The notes under the pieces: generated by a model
Told to the model about the DNA's origin: nothing
The model's input: the letters and a program-made list of their open reading frames with translations, nothing else
The model's database searches: none
Translations under genes and position numbers: made by a program
Source of the DNA: an uncultured Gammaproteobacteria bacterium
Lineage (GTDB): Bacteria > Patescibacteriota > Microgenomatia > Levybacterales > GWA1-39-11
Length of the DNA stretch: 64,000 nt
Reading direction: 5' to 3'
NCBI GenBank assembly: GCA_964537315.1
Contig: CAZIAP010000001.1
Span: forward strand, 379,926-443,925
Shown: positions 1 through 8,266 of the stretch, one piece after another
Layout of the letters: each line of letters begins with the position of its first letter
Position numbering within the stretch: the stretch's first letter is position 1

Positions 1-191
1 GAGCGGTAATGGGAGTTGCTCAATCATTTGCTGCATTCGCACGAGTTCTGGGACCTATTACAGGTGGAATCATTGCTGAGCTAGTACTAAACCTCCCTTA
101 CTTCGTATCAGGGGCTGCAATATTTTTAGTGTTACTCTGGGGTCATAAAAACCTCCGCTACATGCGAGTTGATATGAAAAACGGCAAATAG
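1..191 (+). CDS. Partial CDS (5' end outside window), C-terminal fragment of a membrane protein
   Basis: Open frame from the window edge to TAG at 189-191. The tail is hydrophobic (GPITGGIIAELVLNLPYFVSGAAIFLVLLW). No start lies within the window. Confidence 0.3.
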   Translation, partial: AVMGVAQSFAAFARVLGPITGGIIAELVLNLPYFVSGAAIFLVLLWGHKNLRYMRVDMKNGK

Positions 192-241
192 TTTGAAATA
201 CAACTAAATTTTAGTAAAATATCAACACTCCTAACACTCAA

Positions 242-312
242 TGCCGAGTCGTCTAATGGTAGGACAACGGATTCTGGATCCGTTTATTGGGGTTCGAATC
301 CCTGCTCGGCAA
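242..312 (+). tRNA. tRNA-Gln (anticodon CUG)
   Basis: Hand-folded cloverleaf. The 7-bp acceptor stem TGCCGAG/CTCGGCA has the U1:A72 pair typical of tRNA-Gln. D arm is GTCT/GGAC. The anticodon stem ACGGA/TCCGT carries loop TTCTGGA, giving anticodon CTG. T arm is TGGGG-TTCGAAT-CCCTG. No CCA is encoded. The track ORF 241..438 is this tRNA, not a CDS. Confidence 0.75.
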
Positions 313-342
313 CAAGGTACAAGTCTGCAATTCGCTTTAAAA

Positions 343-705
343 CTATCGTCCGCTGCCGATTTCTTTAAGCCGTATCCCAATTATTTCCTCAACAAGTCTT
401 TCAGGTATGGGCTTATCTGGAGTAAAACGAATAACTAAATTACCTGTGTCATATGGTGCGAGTTTATCTGCAAGAAGCTTAATTGCCTGACCAAACATAA
501 CATACAATCCAAGGTGATCTTTGAACGCGCCGAGTCCTACCACCGTTTTGCCTTTGTAACGGATGGCAGGAATGTTCGTTTTTATTTCTTCATGCCATTC
601 AGGAACTCGGGCTTTGACTATTTTTCTCAGCCTTTCTAGTGCTTCGCGCTGCTCTATAGGCAAACTGGCGAAGTATTCTTCTACTGCCGGTGATGTTGTG
701 TTCAT
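343..705 (-). CDS. DUF1801 (YdhG-like) domain protein
   Basis: 120 aa. Sequence resembles the YdhG/DUF1801 family (…RYKGKTVVGLGAFKDHLGLYV…). Confidence 0.5.
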   Translation of the reverse strand: MNTTSPAVEEYFASLPIEQREALERLRKIVKARVPEWHEEIKTNIPAIRYKGKTVVGLGAFKDHLGLYVMFGQAIKLLADKLAPYDTGNLVIRFTPDKPIPERLVEEIIGIRLKEIGSGR

Positions 706-919
706 TGCTTGCTCAAGAATAATTCTATGACTTTTGTAATATCTTCTGGCGAAAGTTCGTGCGTCGAACTTTTCATTTTCTGTAGCGAAGCACTTGGCCT
801 GGCTTCAGCGACCAAAGTAAGGGTCTGCACTCAGATTTTCCAATTCATCTCATATCTTATTTTATACAATTAAACATTAATCTGGAACAATCACTTTATA
901 TTGTTATATAATCTAAAAA

Positions 920-1261
920 ATGAAAAATTATGAATCTTATGATGAGTGGAGAAATGACCAATCATCTAGTAATCAGGTTATTATTGATGGACTCCATAGT
1001 TTAATTAAAAATGTAGCTCCACATTTTGAAACTACAGTCAAATGGGGGCAAGGAAGCTTTGTAAATGGTAATACACCCCGTATTTTTCTCCATACAGAAC
1101 CAGATTATGTCCAGTTAGGTTTCTATAACGGGTCTGCGCTTAAAGATACGCATGGGTTACTAGAAGGAAAGGGAAAATTTGTTAGACATATAAAAGTTTA
1201 CAGTGTTGAGGAAATTGATAAAGAGAAGTTTAGCGAGCTAATTAAACAAGTTACAGAATGA
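920..1261 (+). CDS. DUF1801 (YdhG-like) domain protein
   Basis: 113 aa. The motif VKWGQGSFVNGN…FLHTEPDYVQLGF is typical of DUF1801. It is a second copy near the first. Confidence 0.5.
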   Translation: MKNYESYDEWRNDQSSSNQVIIDGLHSLIKNVAPHFETTVKWGQGSFVNGNTPRIFLHTEPDYVQLGFYNGSALKDTHGLLEGKGKFVRHIKVYSVEEIDKEKFSELIKQVTE

Positions 1262-1569
1262 AAACTATGACTGACCATAATAATCACGACTGTACTGAAA
1301 ATAAGTGCGATATTCTAGCTCAACCAAAAGCTGTTAAAGAAAAGAAAACAGAAATTATTGACGGATATACTATTAAGTATCATGCAAATGGAAAGACACG
1401 TTGGTCAAAAGGAAAAATTAAAGATGGAAAACCAGATGGTTACTGGGAATGGTATCGTCCAGACGGAACATTAAAACGATCAGGCCACTTTGAGTTGGGG
1501 GAACCTATAGGAGAATGGATAACTTATGATCAGAGTGGAAAAGTTTATAAAGTATCCAATAGATCATAG
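1258..1569 (+). CDS. MORN-repeat protein, YwqK family (annotated as an antitoxin-like family)
   Basis: 103 aa with repeated G-x-W/Y MORN-variant motifs (KPDGYWEWYRPDGTLKRSGHFELGEPIGEWITYDQSGKV). Its start overlaps the upstream stop (ATGA). Confidence 0.5.
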   Translation: MKTMTDHNNHDCTENKCDILAQPKAVKEKKTEIIDGYTIKYHANGKTRWSKGKIKDGKPDGYWEWYRPDGTLKRSGHFELGEPIGEWITYDQSGKVYKVSNRS

Positions 1570-1664
1570 GCACACTACCCATCTACATAAAGTTAAGCTC
1601 TAAATACCGTACATTATTTTGTTTTTATGAAAGTTGTGATATTATAATTATTGTCTTAAATTGC

Positions 1665-1740
1665 CTTGGGTGATGGGGAGTAAATAGGGTGAAAGGTCTA
1701 ATTAAAAATTAGCATCCTATTACCTAGATCCATCATCAAT
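1665..1740 (+). promoter_or_regulatory. Structured 5' leader upstream of terC; candidate riboswitch-like aptamer, possibly yybP-ykoY/Mn-like (unverified)
   Basis: P1 pairs GGTGATGG (1669-1676) with CCATCATC (1730-1737). P2 pairs AATAGG (1683-88) with CCTATT (1716-21). A hairpin CTAATT-AAA-AATTAG sits at 1698-1712. The L1-like sequence GGGGAGUA (1675-82) resembles the conserved GGGGAGUAG of yybP-ykoY leaders, which commonly precede TerC-family genes. The 3' half shows no clear consensus match. Confidence 0.25.
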
Positions 1741-1743
1741 TAT

Positions 1744-1770
1744 AACCGGCCATTAATAGGTCGGTTTTTT
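1744..1770 (+). terminator. Intrinsic terminator-like hairpin plus U6, 20 nt upstream of the terC ATG (candidate expression platform)
   Basis: Stem AACCGGC (1744-50) / GTCGGTT (1760-66) with one G-U pair and loop CATTAATAG, followed by TTTTTT. The loop segment TAATAGG (1754-60) is complementary to CCTATTA (1716-22) of the upstream P2, so an alternative pairing is possible. Confidence 0.45.
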
Positions 1771-1789
1771 ATTGGCTTATTAGATAATT

Positions 1790-2710
1790 ATGGATATACA
1801 ACAAAATCTTTTTATTTTTTTCTGGATTATAGTTATAGGTTTCTTAGTTGTTGACCTTGGGTATTTCAATCGAAAAGCACATGCTATTGGTACAAAATCC
1901 GCATTGATTCAATCTATCTTTTGGATTGTGATTTCGTTTTGTTTTGCCTTCTTAATATATCTTTTTATCGGCACTGAAAAAGCAACGTTGTTTATGACGG
2001 CATATGTGGTTGAAAAAATGTTGTCTGTAGACAATCTATTCGTAATAATGCTGATCTTCAGTTTTTTCAATTTAGAAGAAAAGTACCATCACCGTGTGTT
2101 GTTCTGGGGAATATTAGGTGCAATCGTTTTCAGAGCTATATTTATCGCTTTGGGTGCGTTCATCATCAGTCAATTCCACTGGGTAATGTATATTTTTGGT
2201 GCAATTTTAATTTATACAGGTATAAAGCTTTTCAAGGAAAAGAAAGAGGAGCACGTAGATTTTAATAAAAATCCTATATTTAAATTAGCAAAAAAGTACC
2301 TGCCTTTTACCACTAACCATCATAACGGAAAGTTTTTTGTTAGAGAAAAGGGAAAACTGCATGTTACTGTCCTGTTTATGATTTTACTTCTGGTTGAGAC
2401 TACCGATATCATTTTTGCGATCGACTCAATACCAGCAGCATTTTCGGTCACACAAGACTCTTTTATTGTATTTACCTCAAATATATTTGCCGTCTTAGGT
2501 CTTCGTTCTCTATTCTTTCTACTGCAGAATGTATTACATAAATTTCATCATCTGCAAAAAGGCCTTTCGTTCATCCTGATTTTTATAGGAGCTAAAATGT
2601 TTTCGATGTTGTTTGGCTTCCATCTTTCGCCATTTATCTCATTTGGCATAATTCTCTCTGCACTATTACTCTCACTTGTGTTATCTGTGATTTTTCCTAA
2701 AAAGATTTAA
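1790..2710 (+). CDS. TerC family integral membrane protein
   Basis: 306 aa and polytopic. The region LSVDNLFVIMLIFSFF…GAILIYTGIKLF matches TerC/YkoY-family signatures. Confidence 0.8.
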   Translation: MDIQQNLFIFFWIIVIGFLVVDLGYFNRKAHAIGTKSALIQSIFWIVISFCFAFLIYLFIGTEKATLFMTAYVVEKMLSVDNLFVIMLIFSFFNLEEKYHHRVLFWGILGAIVFRAIFIALGAFIISQFHWVMYIFGAILIYTGIKLFKEKKEEHVDFNKNPIFKLAKKYLPFTTNHHNGKFFVREKGKLHVTVLFMILLLVETTDIIFAIDSIPAAFSVTQDSFIVFTSNIFAVLGLRSLFFLLQNVLHKFHHLQKGLSFILIFIGAKMFSMLFGFHLSPFISFGIILSALLLSLVLSVIFPKKI

Positions 2711-2772
2711 TGAGTTAAGAATATTTTGTTAGTGAGTAAATTGTTACCGGAGTGTGTAGCTACAGTGTTAGA

Positions 2773-3429
2773 TTAAAATCCTAGCTTTTCGTCTACTAAT
2801 ATAACATGTATTTTGCGTCCAGACATTGGATTTTCTTTATGCAAGATTACAGTTTTTGTGTGTGTTGTTCCCATTCCGTAAGCTTCGTTCATTCTTTTAT
2901 CTTCAAGCTCAATTACGTGATCCTTTAAGCGACTTACAGCGTCTGAGAGATCTTTTACGATTTTTTGAGATCCTACAACAAAGATAACATTTGGTGATGT
3001 AAATACTATATGTGGAAGTTGACTACCCGAGTTAGAAGCAATAACTAACTCCCCACTTTCACTTGCAGCATGAACACTTCCTACATAGTAGTCAGAAACT
3101 ACCGATTCGCGCCTGAGAAGTTGCTGTTTCTCAGGATCTGATTCAGCTAAGATTACTTCGTGAAGATTATTCCATTTGTGATCACTATCTTTAAGGTAGT
3201 CGACAAATCCAATTTCTCGAAGAGTTTCTGACGCCCCGTTCATGACAGTTGCACCTTCTGGAATTAGTTCAATTACTTTCTTAAGAGCGTCTTCTTTTGA
3301 TGTTACATGATATGGAATAAAGTTATTTTCTTTAAATGACTCTATCGCTTTATTTATTGATTCTTTCGGCGCGAGAGCGTTATAATCTTGTGTGTTTGAA
3401 GTTTTAGTGACTGATTGAGTGTTATTCAT
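2773..3429 (-). CDS. LUD-domain protein (LutC/YkgG family, DUF162)
   Basis: 218 aa. Similar to lactate-utilisation LutC/YkgG-like proteins (…IVFTSPNVIFVVGSQKIV…). Confidence 0.55.
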   Translation of the reverse strand: MNNTQSVTKTSNTQDYNALAPKESINKAIESFKENNFIPYHVTSKEDALKKVIELIPEGATVMNGASETLREIGFVDYLKDSDHKWNNLHEVILAESDPEKQQLLRRESVVSDYYVGSVHAASESGELVIASNSGSQLPHIVFTSPNVIFVVGSQKIVKDLSDAVSRLKDHVIELEDKRMNEAYGMGTTHTKTVILHKENPMSGRKIHVILVDEKLGF

Positions 3430-3452
3430 GTTTTTGATATAATTACTATATA

Positions 3453-3496
3453 TTCTATAGTGCTATAGAATTTATAGTACTACATATTTTGTAGTA
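3453..3496. promoter_or_regulatory. Two inverted repeats in the divergent LUD/hxlR promoter region (candidate operator)
   Basis: TTCTATAG-tg-CTATAGAA at 3453-3470 is an 8-bp inverted repeat. TACTACA-tattt-TGTAGTA at 3478-3496 is a 7-bp inverted repeat. Both lie 20-60 bp upstream of the HxlR-family regulator gene. Confidence 0.25.
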
Positions 3497-3515
3497 TGTC
3501 AACCGACAACCAATT

Positions 3516-3821
3516 ATGCTATCTCAACATCTGAATAAAGCAATCAAAATGATCGGAGACGATCATGTGCTTTGTATAATCGGCAACCTACGTGACGGAG
3601 GTATGCGCTTTAACGAACTTCAAAGAGCACTTAGTATTAACCCTACTACACTTACAGATAGATTACATAAATTAGAAAGTGACGGAATTATAACTAAGAA
3701 AAAGGAAACTCTCGATAAAATGTCTGTAGTCTATGAGCTAACTGAAAAAGGTCAAGAAATTTTGCCAATAATTACTGCAATAGGCAAATTCGCAGAGAAA
3801 CACCTAAATATTACTTCTTAA
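3516..3821 (+). CDS. HxlR-family winged-helix transcriptional regulator
   Basis: 101 aa. The motif HVLCIIGNLRDGGMRFNELQRALSINPTTLTDRLHKLESDGII is typical of HxlR/MarR-like wHTH proteins. Confidence 0.75.
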   Translation: MLSQHLNKAIKMIGDDHVLCIIGNLRDGGMRFNELQRALSINPTTLTDRLHKLESDGIITKKKETLDKMSVVYELTEKGQEILPIITAIGKFAEKHLNITS

Positions 3822-4197
3822 TTTCAACTACATAAGAGCTTATTTTTTTAATCTTTGCATCTTTTGCATGACTTGTAAATGTAAAGATATCGCTAAACCC
3901 CAGCACAGCGCCATTATCAAGCGTTATGGTCCCATTTGCGCCACCAACTTTACCATGAGTCATGAGATTTTCGATTGATAACTCTGTAAAAGATATCTCA
4001 AACATCTCATTCAACGACTTTTCAACTTCGTCTATTCCTGATAGCGTCTTGTCGCCAACCATTACCCATTCGATTTTTGGATCAAGTGATTGCAAAATAA
4101 CAGATCTATCTTTCTTAGCATAGGCGATTTCAAAATCCCGAATAAACTCTTTTTTCGGTGCATTTCCACAATCTACTTTTACGTTAATTTTTACCAT
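3811..4197 (-). CDS. NTF2-like (SnoaL/DUF4440-like) small protein
   Basis: 128 aa. Fold assignment rests on size and pattern only. Confidence 0.35.
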   Translation of the reverse strand: MVKINVKVDCGNAPKKEFIRDFEIAYAKKDRSVILQSLDPKIEWVMVGDKTLSGIDEVEKSLNEMFEISFTELSIENLMTHGKVGGANGTITLDNGAVLGFSDIFTFTSHAKDAKIKKISSYVVEIKK

Positions 4198-4210
4198 ACA
4201 TCAGATTCTA

Positions 4211-4735
4211 TCAAAAATTCTGATTAGTGAGCATCTTTCTAAGTAATGATACATTTCTTTGCGGATCTGGGATATTGTATAAATAGTATTGTTCCTTATC
4301 GTTTGATGTATAAAGCTCTATCGTTCCAAAATTGAAAAGTCTTCCGAAAAAACCTTGTGTAAGATCAATTTTGCTTATTTGATTAAAATAAATTTCCTGA
4401 TTTTTATGCCAAAAGAATCCTGATTTATAAATTAATTTACTAGGATAGACTTCATAACGATTACTAAGCCATTGAAAGATAATGATAAGAGTGAAAGCAA
4501 TTCTTACTAAAAAGAGAAAAGCTCCAATAATAGTATTAATTGTATAAAGATTAACAGCAGTATCAACCGAGGTAATAAAAAAACTGAGAGGGAAACGAAT
4601 CACAAGGCCAATAATCAAAAAAATAATTTCTAGTATTAAGAGATATATTGCTAAAATAACACCGCTACGTTGAAGTGTAATGTGAGAGACAAGAATTTCA
4701 TTCTGAGGTTTATACGTGTCAGGTTCTGTAATCAT
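4211..4735 (-). CDS. Membrane protein with bacterial PH domain (bPH_2, YdbS/YdbT-like)
   Basis: 174 aa with two N-terminal TM helices, then GFFGRLFNFGTIELYT, typical of the DUF304/bPH_2 family. Confidence 0.5.
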   Translation of the reverse strand: MITEPDTYKPQNEILVSHITLQRSGVILAIYLLILEIIFLIIGLVIRFPLSFFITSVDTAVNLYTINTIIGAFLFLVRIAFTLIIIFQWLSNRYEVYPSKLIYKSGFFWHKNQEIYFNQISKIDLTQGFFGRLFNFGTIELYTSNDKEQYYLYNIPDPQRNVSLLRKMLTNQNF

Positions 4736-4760
4736 ATTATTAACAACTAACTTATCTCTA

Positions 4761-4786
4761 TACGGCAGGACAGCTATCCTGCCGTA
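4761..4786. other. GC-rich perfect hairpin between hsp20 and the PH-domain gene
   Basis: Stem TACGGCAGGA / TCCTGCCGTA (10 bp) with loop CAGCTA. There is no flanking U-run on either strand, so it is not a canonical intrinsic terminator. Confidence 0.3.
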
Positions 4787-4812
4787 GATGAAAAAAGTTA
4801 TTGTACTTTTAT

Positions 4813-5268
4813 CTATTTATTTTTTCCACCGTTGCTCTTTCCACTAGCTTTAATGGAAATTTTCTTAGGTTGCGCTTGAGCAGACTTTGCAAATACGACT
4901 TTAATCACGCCGTTTGCAGAGCTAGCCTCAGGTTCCACGTTTAAATCTACATCTCCAGGAACAGCAATACGATAAGAAAAGGACTGTACTGCCCGTCGAT
5001 AATACTTTTTCTTCTTATCACCTTCTTCTTCTTTGTTTTCTCCACGAATCCACAGCAAACCTTTATCAAAAGTCATTTCTATGTCATCAGGATTTATACC
5101 TGGTACCGCGGCTTCAACATATACATTTTTATCGTCTTCTGAAATGGATACATTATTTGACATAGCATTAGACGCTTGTGGAAAAGATAACCATTCATCT
5201 TCATCGAAAAATGATGACAGACGAGGAATGTCAAATATTGATCGAGGTACTATTTCTCCTCTTGCCAT
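4813..5268 (-). CDS. Hsp20/alpha-crystallin family small heat-shock protein
   Basis: 151 aa. The alpha-crystallin domain pattern is present (…NVYVEAAVPGINPDDIEMTFDKGLLWIRGE…FSYRIAVPGDVD…NGVIKVVF). Confidence 0.8.
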   Translation of the reverse strand: MARGEIVPRSIFDIPRLSSFFDEDEWLSFPQASNAMSNNVSISEDDKNVYVEAAVPGINPDDIEMTFDKGLLWIRGENKEEEGDKKKKYYRRAVQSFSYRIAVPGDVDLNVEPEASSANGVIKVVFAKSAQAQPKKISIKASGKSNGGKNK

Positions 5269-5322
5269 TTTACTTCACCTCCCTATTTCTATATTTCTAA
5301 GCTCTAGTAATATGTTCGTAGT

Positions 5323-5904
5323 TTAATTTTGTATCTTAAGCCTGGTAGTCCATTTACAAAGAGCTACCAGTAATTCTTGGATTTTGTCTTGTGTATCTTT
5401 GTCTATTAGTTTTCCGTCTTTTATTTTTTCATGCACACTCGAGATTATTACTTCAGGTTTATTTAACAGATGAAGATTCAAACTAACAGACACTTGTCTT
5501 AGCGCATACTGAGCTTTTACTCCTCCAAGTATCCCTGGTGATGTACTCAGAATTGCTGCAGGCTTATCATCAAAACTGTTGCTACCATACGGGCGAGACG
5601 CCCAATCCAGCGCATTTTTTAAATACCCTGGTACTGAGTAGTCATACTCGGGAGTTGCGATCAAAATTGCATCAGCCTCACTAATACTTTCTTTAAACTT
5701 TCTGACAGTATCCGGAGGATTGTTCTCCAGGTCCTGACTAAATAAAGGAAAATCACCAATTTCTTCAAAAACCGATATTTCACCTTCATCTGGACAAACA
5801 TCTAAAGCTTCATGTAAGACTGTGCTTGTTTGCAAAATCATTTCACTATATGAACCCTGCCTAAGGCTTCCACCAAAACCAAGAATTTTTACTTTGTTAT
5901 TCAT
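5323..5904 (-). CDS. NAD(P)H-dependent FMN reductase (flavodoxin-like oxidoreductase)
   Basis: 193 aa. Contains KILGFGGSLRQGSYS…ILIATPEYDYSVPGYLKNALDWASR, the NADPH-dependent FMN reductase signature. It is a paralogue of 16559..17116. Confidence 0.7.
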   Translation of the reverse strand: MNNKVKILGFGGSLRQGSYSEMILQTSTVLHEALDVCPDEGEISVFEEIGDFPLFSQDLENNPPDTVRKFKESISEADAILIATPEYDYSVPGYLKNALDWASRPYGSNSFDDKPAAILSTSPGILGGVKAQYALRQVSVSLNLHLLNKPEVIISSVHEKIKDGKLIDKDTQDKIQELLVALCKWTTRLKIQN

Positions 5905-6267
5905 AGTTTATTTATTACGTACTGTACGCTTGCATTCTGATCTTCTATAAACTAATTTGTCACAAAAACTGATAAGCAGGCAACTGTTCACGTAACTTTT
6001 AAAACTTTATCTATTAAATAGGTATACTCAGGTGCAATGTAGTATTGATAATACCTTACCTAAAAATTATGGATTTCTATTAATAAGTGGTATTAAGAGA
6101 TTAGTAAGAGGTGCTAAAGAAAATAAAAACATATAAATTTCGTTACAATCATGTAAACTGATTATAATAGCCTGTATAACAAGTGATCATTACATAAAAA
6201 CGAGATTTTTGATACTGGATTCATACAAATAAACATGCAATTTCTTACATTTCTAACATTTTTTTTC

Positions 6268-6296
6268 TTGCACGTATCATATAGTTTTGGTATATT
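6268..6296 (+). promoter_or_regulatory. Putative sigma70-like promoter of the PAS histidine kinase
   Basis: TTGCAC (6268-73), then a 17-nt spacer, then TATATT (6291-96), 15 nt upstream of the ATG at 6311. It follows a 400-bp AT-rich intergenic region. Confidence 0.3.
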
Positions 6297-6310
6297 GAGC
6301 TAAACGGAAA

Positions 6311-8266
6311 ATGAGAAAGAAGAAGTCATATCTGGTGAATAAAAAAAATACTTCACTAGTCTTTCAAACCAGTAAATACACATCCCGGCTCTCCGATCAG
6401 GCAAGAAGCGGTTTCCACGAAAGCTTCCGCACAAGCGATACATTTTTTCAACAAATAGTAGACAGTCTTGAAGAGTATGCTGTTATTACAACCGATACCG
6501 AGGGCAAGATAAGTAGCTGGAATTCAGGTGCGACTAGAATGCTCGGTTATACTGAGAAAGAGATTATCGGAAAAAACTCTTCTATAATTTTCACCCCTGC
6601 AGATAGGAAAAATGGAGAACCTGCAAAAGAACTCCACGAAGCATTAACTAAAGGCAAAGCAATAGACGAACGTTGGCACGTTAGAAAAGATAAATCACGA
6701 TTCTGGGGCAACGGGCGTGTTTTTCCACTATATGACTCTGAAAAAAAATTACGTGGATTTACAAAAATAATGAAGGACCTTACTAACCGAAAGAAACGTG
6801 AAGAAATCGAAAAACGCTTCCAGTCGATTATAGAAAACAGCTTAGACGGAGTAAGAATGATAGATAAAAATGGAAAAATAATTTACGCAAGCCCTTCCAC
6901 AAAAAGACTCCTCGGATATTCTAAAAAAGAGTACTTAGATCACAAAATACTATCACTAATTCACCCTGATGACAGGACAGGATATAAAAAAGTAATGCAA
7001 GTAGTTTTAAAGAATCCTAAAAAAAATATTCATTTTACATACCGAATTAAACATAAAAATGGTGAGTATAGGTGGATGGAAGGCGTGGGAGTAAACCTCC
7101 TATCTGATCCTGCCGTTAAAGCAATCATATCTAATTTCCGTGATATAACTGATAGAAAACTTGCTGAAGAAGAAAAAGAAAAAGTACTTAACGAATATAA
7201 AACAGTACTTGAGCAGCTTCCTGCCGGAGTAATCATCGCTGATTCAAAAACCGGAAAGTTTATATTAGTTAATAAACAAGTAAAGAAAATCTTGAGGTTA
7301 AAAAGTGTTAACGCTGATTCTTATGAAGATTATAAAAAGTATAAAAGATATTTTCCCGACGGACACGAGTACACGCCTGAGGAATGGCCTCTTACAAGGG
7401 CAATGAGAAGCGGGAAAACAATTAGTAATGAAGAAATTAAAGTTAAAAGAGGTGATGGAACTTTCGGAATTATATTAGTGAGCGGAGCACCAATTAAAAA
7501 TAAAGCCGGAAAAATAGTCGCAGGAGTATCAAGTTTCCTGGATATTACTGATAAAAAAGATCTTGAAACTCGAAAAGATGAGTTCATCTCAATGGCCTCA
7601 CACGAATTAAAAACTCCGGTAACAGGCTTAAACTTGTTTTCTGAAATACTTAATCGAGAAGTAAAAAAAGGAAATTATGAGATTACAGAACACTTAGTGC
7701 AGAAAATTAAACTACAGACTCGTAAATTAACAGAGATTGTCAACGATCTACTGGATATGGCTAGAATTGAAACAGGCAAGATGCGCTTTCGCAACGACAA
7801 ATTTGATATTTTCGAACTTTTACAAGATATAACAGATGACATGCAATATACCACCACAAAACATAAGATAATCTATTCCTCAAAGGGGTCTCTAACAATA
7901 AAAGCGGATAAGTATCGTATATATCAAGTTATCACTAATTTATTAACTAACGCTGTAAAGTATTCTCCCCCAAAATCATCAATTTATGTGAAAGCTGAAA
8001 AGAAAAGAGATTATATAAGAATTAGCGTGAAAGATGAGGGAATTGGTATAGAGAAAGACCAGCAAGAAAAAATATTTGATAAATTATACCAAGTCGGAAA
8101 TTCTAAAGAAAAAACTTTCCCAGGACTTGGTATGGGGCTTTATATCTCCAAAGAAATAGTTGTACGTCATGGGGGTAGGATGTGGGTAGAGAGTGAAGTA
8201 AATAAAGGATCGACATTTTTCTTTACTCTGCCAATCAACAATAAACCTGTCGCCAAAAAGTCCTAG
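6311..8266 (+). CDS. Cytoplasmic multi-PAS sensor histidine kinase (PAS/PAC x3, HisKA, HATPase_c)
   Basis: 651 aa with no TM segment. It has three PAS/PAC-like repeats, an H-box (SHELKTPVTGL) and N/G1/G2 boxes (…NAVKYS…DEGIGI…GLGMGL). No response regulator is adjacent. Confidence 0.85.
   Translation: MRKKKSYLVNKKNTSLVFQTSKYTSRLSDQARSGFHESFRTSDTFFQQIVDSLEEYAVITTDTEGKISSWNSGATRMLGYTEKEIIGKNSSIIFTPADRKNGEPAKELHEALTKGKAIDERWHVRKDKSRFWGNGRVFPLYDSEKKLRGFTKIMKDLTNRKKREEIEKRFQSIIENSLDGVRMIDKNGKIIYASPSTKRLLGYSKKEYLDHKILSLIHPDDRTGYKKVMQVVLKNPKKNIHFTYRIKHKNGEYRWMEGVGVNLLSDPAVKAIISNFRDITDRKLAEEEKEKVLNEYKTVLEQLPAGVIIADSKTGKFILVNKQVKKILRLKSVNADSYEDYKKYKRYFPDGHEYTPEEWPLTRAMRSGKTISNEEIKVKRGDGTFGIILVSGAPIKNKAGKIVAGVSSFLDITDKKDLETRKDEFISMASHELKTPVTGLNLFSEILNREVKKGNYEITEHLVQKIKLQTRKLTEIVNDLLDMARIETGKMRFRNDKFDIFELLQDITDDMQYTTTKHKIIYSSKGSLTIKADKYRIYQVITNLLTNAVKYSPPKSSIYVKAEKKRDYIRISVKDEGIGIEKDQQEKIFDKLYQVGNSKEKTFPGLGMGLYISKEIVVRHGGRMWVESEVNKGSTFFFTLPINNKPVAKKS

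Noticed and set aside
241-438. Track ORF of 65 aa on the plus strand.
   Set aside because: It coincides with the tRNA-Gln cloverleaf (242-312) and runs antisense into the DUF1801 gene. It is not protein coding.
5033-5326. 97-aa plus-strand ORF overlapping hsp20 and the FMN reductase end.
   Set aside because: It is antisense to the conserved Hsp20 gene. Its Ser-rich translation has no features.
7030-7857. Antisense ORFs inside the histidine kinase gene (7030..7236, 7330..7587, 7675..7857). The same applies to the many other 60-140 aa ORFs antisense to mutL, mutS, gltX, aspS, recJ, secD, the GT genes and others.
   Set aside because: They are embedded opposite well-supported long genes, have low-complexity or Ser/Leu-rich translations, and lack motifs. 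They are typical spurious reading frames in AT-rich DNA.
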